Source: Sphingobacteriaceae bacterium (GTDB lineage Bacteria; Bacteroidota; Bacteroidia; Sphingobacteriales; Sphingobacteriaceae). From it: 64,000 nt of DNA. Positions 36,150-45,054 of this stretch are shown here, in pieces; the stretch's first letter is position 1, and each line of letters begins with the position of its first letter. The stretch is taken from contig CANHGR010000001.1 of assembly GCA_947460875.1 (NCBI GenBank), forward strand, positions 168,681 through 232,680, written 5' to 3'. The position numbers were made by a program, and so were the translations under genes. The notes beneath the pieces were generated by a model. The model was not told where the DNA came from and did no database searches. It saw only the letters and a program-made list of their open reading frames with translations.

Positions 36150-38615
36150 ATGGATATACAATTTGTAGGTGAACACCTGCTGCCCGGTAAATTAGGCCAG
36201 TTTTTTGTCGTACTTTCTTTTGGAACGGCCATTCTTGCTGCAATAAGCTATTATTTTGCAACAGTAAATGAGGTTCAAGAGAAATCATGGCAGCGAATCG
36301 CGCGAATCGCCTTCAGATTAAATTCTGTTGCGGTCATTGGAATTGGGGCATGCCTCTATTACATTATCTACAACCACTTTTTTGAATATTATTATGCCTA
36401 TGACCATTCGTCAAGGGCATTGCCGGTTTACTATATCATTTCGTCTTTTTGGGAGGGCCAAGAGGGAAGTTTTTGGCTCTGGACATTCTGGCAAGCAGTT
36501 CTTGGCAATATCCTCCTCTGGCGAGCGAAAAGCTGGGAAAATGGTACCATGACAGTGATTGCTCTTTCGCAGGTATTTCTTTCTTCTATGCTATTAGGAG
36601 TAGAGATATTTGGTCAGAGAATTGGCAGTTCTCCATTTATCTTACTGAGAACAGCAATGGAGGCTCCAATTTTCTCACGGCCGGACTATCTAACGCTCAT
36701 AGCAGATGGAAAGGGATTAAATCCGCTCCTTCAAAATTATTGGATGGTAATTCATCCACCTACTCTGTTTCTTGGCTTTGCATCAATGATCGTTCCCTTT
36801 GCTTACGCGATTGCCGGTTTGTGGACTAAGAGATATAGCGAATGGGTGAGACCCGGATTGCCTTGGGCATTATTTGCAGCGATGATCCTAGGCACAGGGA
36901 TCATTATGGGGTCATTTTGGGCATATGAGGCGCTGAATTTTGGTGGCTTCTGGGCTTGGGATCCGGTTGAAAATGCTTCAATCATTCCATGGATTACGCT
37001 TATTGCAGGGGTGCACGTTATTCTTGCTTATAAGCACTCCGGTCACTCTTACTTTACAGCAACTTTTTTAATGCTGATTAGTTTTGTACTAGTCTTGTAT
37101 GCTTCTTTTCTTACGCGGAGTGGTATTCTAGGCGAAACTTCGGTACATGCTTTTACTGATCTGGGCATGTTCTGGCAGTTGGTAGTTTACATGAATTTTT
37201 TTGCAGGTCTTGCTGTCTATTTCTTAGTCGTTCGATGGAAAGAAATGCCGATTACAAAGAAAGATGAAGAGACCTACTCGAGAGAGTTTTGGCTATTCAT
37301 TGGTTCGCTGGTTTTGACCGTGGCCTGTGTACAGATTATCGCAACAACATCAATTCCGGTGTTTAATCGTATTTTCGGCACAGAAATAGCGCCCCCTACT
37401 GAGCTGGTTCAACATTATAACAAATGGCAATTACCATTTGCTGTTGTTATTGCCTTAATCTCCGGGTTCTCGCAGTTCCTGAAGTATAAAAATACCGATC
37501 CACGTAAGTTTTTCATCAGTCTCTCTGTTTCGCTTGTTGCATCGGCAATACTTGCAGGGATTGCTGCATATATTACAGAAGTTTACACAAACTATATGTT
37601 TATTGTGCTGCTATTTGCAGCGACGTTCTCCATTTTGGCAAATGCCAAGATTCTAAGTGAAGCTTTTAAAGGTAAGTGGAAGTTAGCAGGTTCAGCAATT
37701 GCGCATATCGGCTTCGCGTTCATACTCGCAGGAGGCTTGGTTGCGGCAGCAACGAACCGGGTTATTTCTTTAAACAGTAGCGGGTCGATCCCTATTAAAG
37801 ACTTTGATAAAAACAACAAATCTGCAGAAAATATCCTACTTTATCAGAATCAGCCTGAAAAGATGGATGAATATACTGTGACCTACCTCGGAGATACGAC
37901 TGAAGGTCCAAATACCTATTATAAAGTTAATTATAAGGTAATTGATGAAAAAACTGGTGAAGTTGAAGATGAATTTAACCTGTATCCGAATGCACAACAA
38001 AATGCTAAAATGGGCGAGATTATCGCTTCGCCAGATACTAAACACTATATTTTTCACGATATCTATACACATGTGAGTAGCGTGCCTTTAATTGAAAAGG
38101 AACACGAAGATCATGAGGGGCATACTGACGAAGAAAGTTATGATTTAACTACTGCACATGAGGTTTCACCAGGTGATACTGTGCGTTTCCGTGCGGGTTA
38201 CGCCATTGTTAAAGGGATAGATCGTAATGCTAACGTTAAGGGAATAGAAATTGGTGCCAATGATATGGCTGCAGGAATGCAATTGGATGTGGTTGCAAAT
38301 AATAAGGAATATTCAACTGAGCCTATTTTTTTATTGAAAGACGGACTGAGCTATGATTTTGGCAAAACGATTGAGGAGGCCGGATTGAAGTTTCGTTTTT
38401 CAAATGTTTATCCTGAAAAAGGCAAATTAGAACTTACCGTTCTGGAAAAGAAAGCTGCAGAAAAAAAATGGATTGTAATGAAGGCGATCAAATTTCCCTA
38501 TATTAACTTATTGTGGGCCGGCACGGTTATTATGGTTATAGGTTTCCTATTATCTATATTTAGGCGAAACAAGGAAATTACTCAGCGGCCTTTAACTGAC
38601 AGCTCAATATCGTAA
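36150..38615 (+). CDS. ccmF: cytochrome c-type biogenesis protein CcmF (heme lyase)
   Basis: 821 aa and polytopic. WEGQEGSFWLW, FGGFWAWDPVENASIIPW (WWD motif), conserved His positions (VIHPPTL, GVHVILA, SVHAFTD). Confidence 0.9.
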   Translation: MDIQFVGEHLLPGKLGQFFVVLSFGTAILAAISYYFATVNEVQEKSWQRIARIAFRLNSVAVIGIGACLYYIIYNHFFEYYYAYDHSSRALPVYYIISSFWEGQEGSFWLWTFWQAVLGNILLWRAKSWENGTMTVIALSQVFLSSMLLGVEIFGQRIGSSPFILLRTAMEAPIFSRPDYLTLIADGKGLNPLLQNYWMVIHPPTLFLGFASMIVPFAYAIAGLWTKRYSEWVRPGLPWALFAAMILGTGIIMGSFWAYEALNFGGFWAWDPVENASIIPWITLIAGVHVILAYKHSGHSYFTATFLMLISFVLVLYASFLTRSGILGETSVHAFTDLGMFWQLVVYMNFFAGLAVYFLVVRWKEMPITKKDEETYSREFWLFIGSLVLTVACVQIIATTSIPVFNRIFGTEIAPPTELVQHYNKWQLPFAVVIALISGFSQFLKYKNTDPRKFFISLSVSLVASAILAGIAAYITEVYTNYMFIVLLFAATFSILANAKILSEAFKGKWKLAGSAIAHIGFAFILAGGLVAAATNRVISLNSSGSIPIKDFDKNNKSAENILLYQNQPEKMDEYTVTYLGDTTEGPNTYYKVNYKVIDEKTGEVEDEFNLYPNAQQNAKMGEIIASPDTKHYIFHDIYTHVSSVPLIEKEHEDHEGHTDEESYDLTTAHEVSPGDTVRFRAGYAIVKGIDRNANVKGIEIGANDMAAGMQLDVVANNKEYSTEPIFLLKDGLSYDFGKTIEEAGLKFRFSNVYPEKGKLELTVLEKKAAEKKWIVMKAIKFPYINLLWAGTVIMVIGFLLSIFRRNKEITQRPLTDSSIS

Positions 38616-38618
38616 TCT

Positions 38619-39389
38619 ATGAGAGTTGTGTTGCTCGGCAGCGGCAATGTAGCGACGCATTTAGCTAAGGCATTACAAAAGGCAGGGCATGAAATCGTGG
38701 ATGTTTGGAGTAGGAGAGTCGAGCATGCCAGCCGTCTAGCCAATGCAGTGGGCGGAGTTCCAATTACTGACATTCGTAAAGTAACTACCGGAGCTGATTT
38801 ATACATCATTGCTGTTAAAGACGACACTATAGCAGAATTAGCATCACAATTGCACCTACAGAACGAGTTGATCGTTCATACATCAGGCTCCATTCATATT
38901 AACGTACTTGAAACGGCATCGACTGTCTATGGAGTTTTTTATCCGTTGCAAACTTTTTCAAAGAATAGAGAAGTAAATTTTAAAGATGTTACACTTTGTG
39001 TGGAGGGATGTACACCTGAGGTCACGGCGAAGCTTTTAAGTCTCGCATCACAGCTGTCAGGAAAGGTTGTAGAACTTAATTCCGAAAAGCGCATGGCAAT
39101 TCACGTGGCTGCTGTCTTTGCCTGTAATTTTACTAATTTTATGTATGCATTGTCACAAAAGCTCCTTGCAGATCAGAACCTAGATTTTGAACTGATTCGT
39201 CCTCTGATTTTGGAAACCGCCGCCAAAGTTCAAGAATTAATGCCTGTCGAAGCCCAGACAGGTCCAGCGCTGAGAAAAGATGCGATTACTATAAAAGAAC
39301 ATCGAGATTTCCTAAAAAATCAGCCGAACTTATTGAGGTTGTATGAAGAATTAACCAAAGAGATCGTCAATTTCTATAAGCCATTATAA
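38619..39389 (+). CDS. Rossmann-like NAD(P)-binding protein with DUF2520-type C-terminal domain
   Basis: 256 aa. MRVVLLGSGNVATHLAKAL dinucleotide-binding N-terminus and a C-terminal QTGPALRKD motif. ATG lies 3 nt after the ccmF stop. Confidence 0.65.
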   Translation: MRVVLLGSGNVATHLAKALQKAGHEIVDVWSRRVEHASRLANAVGGVPITDIRKVTTGADLYIIAVKDDTIAELASQLHLQNELIVHTSGSIHINVLETASTVYGVFYPLQTFSKNREVNFKDVTLCVEGCTPEVTAKLLSLASQLSGKVVELNSEKRMAIHVAAVFACNFTNFMYALSQKLLADQNLDFELIRPLILETAAKVQELMPVEAQTGPALRKDAITIKEHRDFLKNQPNLLRLYEELTKEIVNFYKPL

Positions 39390-39398
39390 GGAATTTGT

Positions 39399-39406
39399 TA
39401 AATTTG
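39399..39406 (+). promoter_or_regulatory. candidate -7 promoter box (TAnnTTTG) just upstream of fdx
   Basis: TAAATTTG ends 7 nt before ATG 39414. Confidence 0.25.
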
Positions 39407-39413
39407 CCAAACA

Positions 39414-39746
39414 ATGAATGTTTTTAAGCTTCGTATAAATTTTGAAAACGTAGGAGTTAGTTCCCTTGAACTGCCTATAGTAGAAGGTGAATCGGTTTTG
39501 GACGTATGTCTGGAGAATGGCATAGAGCTTCAGCACAACTGTGGTGGGGTTTGTGGATGCAGCACGTGTCATGTATATGTGAACTATGGGATGGATAATG
39601 TGCAGGAGATTTCAGATAAGGAAGAAGATTTTATTGACAGAGCAGCTAATCCAAGAATAAACTCCAGATTAGGCTGTCAATGTATATTAATCGACGGAGA
39701 TATCGAAGTAACCTTGCCAGACCAAAATCAATTTTTAGGACATTAA
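39414..39746 (+). CDS. fdx: ISC-type [2Fe-2S] ferredoxin (adrenodoxin family)
   Basis: 110 aa. CGGVCGCSTCHV (Cx5CxxC) plus a distal RLGCQC cysteine, as in E. coli Fdx. Confidence 0.85.
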   Translation: MNVFKLRINFENVGVSSLELPIVEGESVLDVCLENGIELQHNCGGVCGCSTCHVYVNYGMDNVQEISDKEEDFIDRAANPRINSRLGCQCILIDGDIEVTLPDQNQFLGH

Positions 39747-39756
39747 TCCAATTAAT

Positions 39757-40002
39757 ATGCCGGATAATAAATTTGCACTTCCAATTTACTGGAATGATTA
39801 TGAAGATATTGCTATGGGTCTCTACGAAAAATTCGGAGATGAGTTTGGTGAATCAAAAATCTATCGGATACGTTTTACTGATCTTTTAGAATGGGTACTT
39901 ACCCTGCCTAATTTTGCTGGCAAGCGTGAGGAAGCCAATGAAGGACATTTAGAGCAAATACAGTCGACTTGGGTTTATGAGTGGCGAGATAACCAGGGGT
40001 AA
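39757..40002 (+). CDS. iscX: Fe-S cluster assembly protein IscX
   Basis: 81 aa and acidic. WNDYEDIAMGLYEKF...IRFTDLLEWVLTLPNF...NEGHLEQIQSTW parallels E. coli IscX (W.D..EI...L......VRFTD...W...L..F....NE..LEAI...W). Confidence 0.75.
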   Translation: MPDNKFALPIYWNDYEDIAMGLYEKFGDEFGESKIYRIRFTDLLEWVLTLPNFAGKREEANEGHLEQIQSTWVYEWRDNQG

Positions 40003-40042
40003 CTTGCTCCTTCGGAGTACATTTAATTCGGATATTTAGAAT

Positions 40043-40585
40043 ATGTTCCTACGTAAACTTCATCAAATAAAGGCGTTCATACTTGATATTGATGGCGTGC
40101 TTACTGATGCTACCGTTCATGTAACGGAAACTGGCGAACAACTACGTAGGTTTAATATACGTGATGGCTATGCTATACAGTTGGCGATAAAGAGAGGATT
40201 TTATGTTTGTATAATTTCCGGAGGTAAATCTGCTGGCGTTGTTTCCCGTCTTGAGGGTTTGGGAGTCTCTGATGTTTATCTGGGGGTAGACAAAAAAGTT
40301 AATGTATTTAACGAGATATTAGAGAGGTATCAGCTTTCTAGATCCGAAGTTCTATATATGGGCGACGATATACCGGACCTTCCTGTAATGAAGCTTGCAG
40401 GTGTTGCTACTTGCCCCACAGATGCGGCAGAAGAAGTGAAAGCATTAAGTATGTATATTTCACCCAAAGCGGGTGGTGCCGGCTGCGTTCGGGATGTTAT
40501 TGAGAAAGTGATGAAACTCCAGCAAAAATGGTTCGATGAAAGCTCGTCTGCCCAAGATGAGACTATGTCTGCCAATCCAGGATGA
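40043..40585 (+). CDS. kdsC: 3-deoxy-D-manno-octulosonate 8-phosphate phosphatase (HAD-IIIA, KdsC family)
   Basis: 180 aa. FILDIDGVLTD, IISGG, YMGDDIPDLPVM. Confidence 0.8.
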   Translation: MFLRKLHQIKAFILDIDGVLTDATVHVTETGEQLRRFNIRDGYAIQLAIKRGFYVCIISGGKSAGVVSRLEGLGVSDVYLGVDKKVNVFNEILERYQLSRSEVLYMGDDIPDLPVMKLAGVATCPTDAAEEVKALSMYISPKAGGAGCVRDVIEKVMKLQQKWFDESSSAQDETMSANPG

Positions 40586-41160
40586 AGAACCTTCCCCCTG
40601 TAATATTAGCTTCCACTTCGCCGCGAAGGCAACAGCTGCTTAAACTGATGGATATTGATTTTAGAGTTGTCCTGAGGGAAGTGGATGAGTCCTATCCGGA
40701 GGGCTTAAGTCCTACAGAGATTGCCGTTTACATTTCAGAAAAAAAGGCCTCGGCATTTGACGAGCCCATTAACAATGAATTAATAATCACGGCTGACACG
40801 ATAGTATCTGTAGAAGATGAAATTTTGGGTAAGCCCAAAGACAAACATCATGCTTTTGAGATTTTAAGTAAGATTTCAGGTAGAAAGCATGAGGTTATCA
40901 CTGCCGTCAGTCTATTAAATAACCATATTCTTAATTCATTCTATGAGGTCTCGGAAGTCTACTTTGGGGAACTTAGTCCGAAGGAAATTCGTTATTATAT
41001 AGAAACCGCAAAGCCATTCGATAAAGCGGGAGCCTATGGAATTCAAGAATGGATAGGCTTAATAGGAATTGAAAGAATCAACGGTTCTTATACGAATGTA
41101 GTGGGACTGCCGACCGAGCGCTTGTATCGGGAATTGCAGAGATATCAGATCAATAGCTGA
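40582..41160 (+). CDS. maf: Maf family nucleoside triphosphate pyrophosphatase
   Basis: 192 aa. ILASTSPRRQQLL, ADTIV, KAGAYGIQ. ATGA overlap with the kdsC stop. Confidence 0.85.
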   Translation: MKNLPPVILASTSPRRQQLLKLMDIDFRVVLREVDESYPEGLSPTEIAVYISEKKASAFDEPINNELIITADTIVSVEDEILGKPKDKHHAFEILSKISGRKHEVITAVSLLNNHILNSFYEVSEVYFGELSPKEIRYYIETAKPFDKAGAYGIQEWIGLIGIERINGSYTNVVGLPTERLYRELQRYQINS

Positions 41161-42070
41161 ATAATAAGCCTTCTTTTAGAGCATAGGCGGAAGATTTCAT
41201 TTCTAAAAGCTTCAATTCTTTCAAAAGATATCTTGTTAGGATGCTGGAAACGATGATCATATCAACCCTTATCTCTGCAAGGCCTTCCATTGATGTCCGT
41301 TGCTCATGGCTGGACGTTAAAAGCTGATCTGTAATGGTAATGAAGCGATCTTTGTTAAGGCGAAACTCGGTCTGTTTAAGAAGATTAGGATCTAAGTGAT
41401 AGTGAATCACCTCTAATTCTGCAAAAGTGTCAAATGCTCCCGCCGATCCTATTAGTAATTTTGGTTGATACTGATAACACACTTCTTTTAGCTGGAAGAG
41501 CTCTTTTTCGAGAAAAAAATTAATTGATGAAACATCCATCTCTGAAATAGGATCAGAATGATGGAAACGAGCCATCAGCTTTGCTGCGCCTATGGGGTAA
41601 CTTTTCTTCCAAAGGATGCGTTGTTTATTGCAAATAATGAACTCGACGCTTCCTCCACCAATATCGGTAATCAGCGCGGTGTCCGAAGACAGCTCAACCG
41701 CGTGACGCACACCTTCGTAGATCAGTTGGGCTTCTGTATCGCCATCAATGATCTTAATCGAAATGCCCGTTTCTAGCTTAACACGATTAACGAATTCCTG
41801 TCCATTTTTTGCAGTTCGCAAAGCGGCAGTTCCGGTTGCAAGAACTTTATTTACTGAATAATTGTGCAGAATTTTTTTAAACCGATGAACTGCGTCTAAG
41901 CCACGCTGAAAAGCAATTTCAGTGATCATATCGTCGGCTAGACCGCCTTCGCCAAGTTTAACGGAAACACTGTCTTTTGCTAGCTCTTCTGGAGGGCTTC
42001 CTGTCTTAATATCAGCAATTAGTAAATGAAAGGTATTAGTGCCAAGATCAAGTACTGCGATCCGTTTCAT
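41150..42070 (-). CDS. ppx: Ppx/GppA family phosphatase (exopolyphosphatase-like)
   Basis: 306 aa. IAVLDLGTNTFHLLIA, TAALRTAKNG, DIGGGSVEF. The 3' end overlaps maf convergently by 11 nt. Confidence 0.75.
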   Translation of the reverse strand: MKRIAVLDLGTNTFHLLIADIKTGSPPEELAKDSVSVKLGEGGLADDMITEIAFQRGLDAVHRFKKILHNYSVNKVLATGTAALRTAKNGQEFVNRVKLETGISIKIIDGDTEAQLIYEGVRHAVELSSDTALITDIGGGSVEFIICNKQRILWKKSYPIGAAKLMARFHHSDPISEMDVSSINFFLEKELFQLKEVCYQYQPKLLIGSAGAFDTFAELEVIHYHLDPNLLKQTEFRLNKDRFITITDQLLTSSHEQRTSMEGLAEIRVDMIIVSSILTRYLLKELKLLEMKSSAYALKEGLLFSY

Positions 42071-42166
42071 CGTAAGTAATTGTTGAATTTGTCAAAGCGA
42101 AGATATTTGAAAAAAATAGCTTTATAGATCAACTTGTAAAACTTCACAATTACAACCTATAACTCA

Positions 42167-43333
42167 TTACTCAAAATACTCCTTCATCTTATCAAAGAAG
42201 CTCTTTTCGTTTTTGCCTGGCTGAGGTTTGAAATTAGGTGAATCTTGTAATTTTTCCAAAGTAGCGCGTTCCGCTTCTGAAAGTGCCTTTGGTGTCCAGA
42301 TATTGACATAAATTAATTGGTCGCCTCGATGGTAAGAGTTAACCTCAGGAACACCTTTCCCTTTAAGACGAAGTATTTTGCCACCCTGTGTGCCCGGATC
42401 TATCTTTATCTTCGCTTTTCCGTCGATTGTAGGTATTTCTACACTTGCGCCCAGTGCTGCATCAATAAAGCTAACGTGAAGATCGAAGATCACGTTATTG
42501 CCTTCGCGCTTTAAAGCATCATGAGGTATTTCTTCAATCAGAATAATCAAGTCGCCCGGAACGCCTCCCCTCGGGGCTGCATTTCCCTTTCCACTCATAG
42601 AGAGTTGCATTCCTTCACTTACGCCTGCCGGGATATTTATCGAAATTGTTTCCTCGCCTCTAACTACGCCATCTCCTTGACAATCAGTACACTTAGAAGT
42701 AATCTGAGTGCCTTCGCCATTGCAGGTTGGGCAAGTACTGCTTGTTTGCATCTGCCCTAAGATGGTATTAGTAACTCGATGAACAGTTCCCGAGCCGGCA
42801 CAGGTGTTACAGCTATTAAATGAAGAGCGGTCTTTCGCTCCTGAACCGTCGCATGTCTTGCATACAACCTGTTTGTTAACTCTTATTTTCTTTTCTGCAC
42901 CTAGAGAAATTTCCTCAAGAATCAATTTCACCTTAATTCTTAAATTGCTTCCTCGAACAACACGTCTTCCGCCGCGTCCAGACTGTCCGCCACCGAAAAA
43001 GCTATCGAATGGACTACCTCCTCCTCCTCCAAAAATATCGCCGAATTGACTGAATATGTCTTCCATATTCATTCCTCCGCCACCATGTCCTCCTCCGTTG
43101 GCTCCGGCTGCGTTCGCAGCGTGACCAAACTGGTCGTAACGACGTTTCTTTTCGGCTGAACTTAAGACTTCGTACGCTTCGGCTGCTTCTTTGAATTTTT
43201 CTTCTGCTGCCTTGTCTCCCGGATTTTTATCGGGGTGGTATTTGATCGCATTCTTACGATAGGCTTTCTTTATTTCGTCGGTACTTGCGTCTTTAGATAC
43301 ACCAAGAACATCGTAGTAATCACGTTTAGCCAT
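42167..43333 (-). CDS. dnaJ: molecular chaperone DnaJ
   Basis: 388 aa. J domain ([13 protein letters not shown]), a Gly/Phe-rich linker, and four CxxCxGxG zinc-finger repeats. Confidence 0.95.
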   Translation of the reverse strand: MAKRDYYDVLGVSKDASTDEIKKAYRKNAIKYHPDKNPGDKAAEEKFKEAAEAYEVLSSAEKKRRYDQFGHAANAAGANGGGHGGGGMNMEDIFSQFGDIFGGGGGSPFDSFFGGGQSGRGGRRVVRGSNLRIKVKLILEEISLGAEKKIRVNKQVVCKTCDGSGAKDRSSFNSCNTCAGSGTVHRVTNTILGQMQTSSTCPTCNGEGTQITSKCTDCQGDGVVRGEETISINIPAGVSEGMQLSMSGKGNAAPRGGVPGDLIILIEEIPHDALKREGNNVIFDLHVSFIDAALGASVEIPTIDGKAKIKIDPGTQGGKILRLKGKGVPEVNSYHRGDQLIYVNIWTPKALSEAERATLEKLQDSPNFKPQPGKNEKSFFDKMKEYFE

Positions 43334-43423
43334 ATTTTCTTCTTAAGTTCGACGTCTTTTATTTTAATTTATTTGTTTCTAGTATTGCCGTATGAAAATC
43401 GGTATTCAGGGCTCATGATTCAA

Positions 43424-44020
43424 TTATGCTCCAACTACTACTTTAGCGAATCGAATGACTTTATCATTTAAGTAGTATCCTTTTTCTAACTCATCGACCA
43501 CCTTACCTTTTAGCTCGTTTGATGGAGCTGGGATATTCGTGATCGCTTCATGGACATCAGGATCAAAAACGGTACCTGTCGATTGCATTTCCTTTAATCC
43601 TTTTTGCTGTAACGTATTTTTTAATTTATTGTAGATTAAGCTGACGCCTTCTTTCACTGCCGCAACTTCTGTGGCAGATTCCATCGCCTTGGCAGCTCTT
43701 TCAAAATCGTCTAGGATGGGTAACATCTCAACAATTATATCTTTCCCGGCAGATTGAAGTAAGTCAATTCGTTCTTTTGATGTCCTTCTCTTAAAATTGT
43801 CAAATTCAGCATAAAGCCTGACATATTTATCTTTAGCATCAGCAATTTCCGCGCGTAATTTTTCTGCGTCGGAAACCTCAAGGGTTTCTATCTCTTCATC
43901 TTTGTGATTCTGATTCGCTTCGTTTACCGCCTGAAGTTCATCCAGAATGTTATCCTCATCTTTCCCGGAGTTTTCCATATTAGTTTTTTTCTTTTTCTTC
44001 AGCATGTCTTGAAAATTCAT
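43424..44020 (-). CDS. grpE: nucleotide exchange factor GrpE
   Basis: The track ORF starts at TTG 44050; the first ATG is 44020. Coiled-coil N-terminus, RLYAEFDNFKRR, FDPDVHEA. Lies directly upstream of dnaJ. Confidence 0.85.
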   Translation of the reverse strand: MNFQDMLKKKKKTNMENSGKDEDNILDELQAVNEANQNHKDEEIETLEVSDAEKLRAEIADAKDKYVRLYAEFDNFKRRTSKERIDLLQSAGKDIIVEMLPILDDFERAAKAMESATEVAAVKEGVSLIYNKLKNTLQQKGLKEMQSTGTVFDPDVHEAITNIPAPSNELKGKVVDELEKGYYLNDKVIRFAKVVVGA

Positions 44021-44104
44021 GATTCTACTTCTTGACAAATCCTTTGCCAAGACATAAAACAGGTCAACCTGTCAGTTTAAAGCCGACTTATTGAAGATTA
44101 TTGC

Positions 44105-44788
44105 TTAGACAAATTTGGCATCTTCGTGAACTATGCCATTTTCACACTTAATAATTCTTGAGGGGAATGTTCGAATAATATGATAATCGTGCGTAGCCAT
44201 TAAGACAGCAGTACCATATTGGCTTATTTGCCTTAATAGCATCACAATTTCTTCGGATGTGCCGGGATCTAGATTTCCGGTAGGTTCATCTGCAAGAATA
44301 ATTTCAGGGTCATTAAGTAGAGCTCTCGCGATAACTACCCGTTGCTGCTCTCCGCCAGATAGTTCGTGCGGCATTTTCTTGACCTTTGACCTTAACCCAA
44401 CTTTTTCTAGAACATCACGTATTCTTTCATCAATCAATCTCTGATCTTTCCATCCAGTGGCCTTCATTACAAATTCAAGATTCTTTTCTACACTTCGATC
44501 TGTTAAAAGCTGAAAGTCTTGAAAAACAATACCTAGTTTTCGCCTTAGGAATGGTACGTCTTTGTCGGATAATTTCGTTAGATCAAATCCAGCGACATGG
44601 CCTGCGCCGCGGGTGATATGAAGGTCGCCGTAAATTATTTTCAATAGGCTGCTCTTTCCTGAACCTGTTTGGCCGATAAGGAATACAAATTCTTCCTTGT
44701 CTAAATGAAGATTAACATTTGAAAGCACAAGATGCTTTTGTTGATAAACATCTACATCTTCTAATTTGATTACTGAGTTTCCAATCAT
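44105..44788 (-). CDS. ftsE: cell division ABC ATPase FtsE-like
   Basis: 227 aa. Walker A GQTGSGKSSLLK, signature LSGGEQQRVVIARAL, Walker B ILADEPTGNLD. No ftsX is adjacent. Confidence 0.75.
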   Translation of the reverse strand: MIGNSVIKLEDVDVYQQKHLVLSNVNLHLDKEEFVFLIGQTGSGKSSLLKIIYGDLHITRGAGHVAGFDLTKLSDKDVPFLRRKLGIVFQDFQLLTDRSVEKNLEFVMKATGWKDQRLIDERIRDVLEKVGLRSKVKKMPHELSGGEQQRVVIARALLNDPEIILADEPTGNLDPGTSEEIVMLLRQISQYGTAVLMATHDYHIIRTFPSRIIKCENGIVHEDAKFV

Positions 44789-44790
44789 CT

Positions 44791-44994
44791 TTAGATATCT
44801 AACTTTAAGATTTTTCCAAAAGGAAGGTCTTTTACTATGCTCATAATATAGTCGATTTTATCCGTAAGTCCCATCTTTGCAAGAGATTTTTCAGGGCGGT
44901 CTACCCTGAAATATGCCAAGAGCGCAAACTTATCATCGCGGAGCTGAATATAGTCAGGAATCTTGGCTACACCTCGTACTTTTATGATATACAT
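44791..44994 (-). CDS. small hypothetical protein upstream of ftsE
   Basis: 67 aa from ATG 44994 (the track uses TTG 45003). The stop lies 2 nt before the ftsE start. No family recognised. Confidence 0.4.
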   Translation of the reverse strand: MYIIKVRGVAKIPDYIQLRDDKFALLAYFRVDRPEKSLAKMGLTDKIDYIMSIVKDLPFGKILKLDI

Positions 44995-45054
44995 ACTTCC
45001 CAAAGTTAAAATTTTCTATGGAGAATGATCTATGCTAGTTGAATTGGAACAACG

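Noticed and set aside
41150-41160. 11-nt convergent overlap of the maf and ppx 3' ends
   Set aside because: Both stops are clear and short convergent overlaps are common. No terminator or regulatory structure is evident, so this is not unusual enough to report.
44105-44788. FtsE-like ABC ATPase as the missing CcmA
   Set aside because: The sequence (KLEDVDV...LHLDKEEFVFLIGQTGSGKSSLLK, LTDRSVEKNLEF) looks like FtsE rather than CcmA. It lies 6 kb from ccmF on the opposite strand, between grpE and a small unknown gene. There is no positive evidence for a ccm role.
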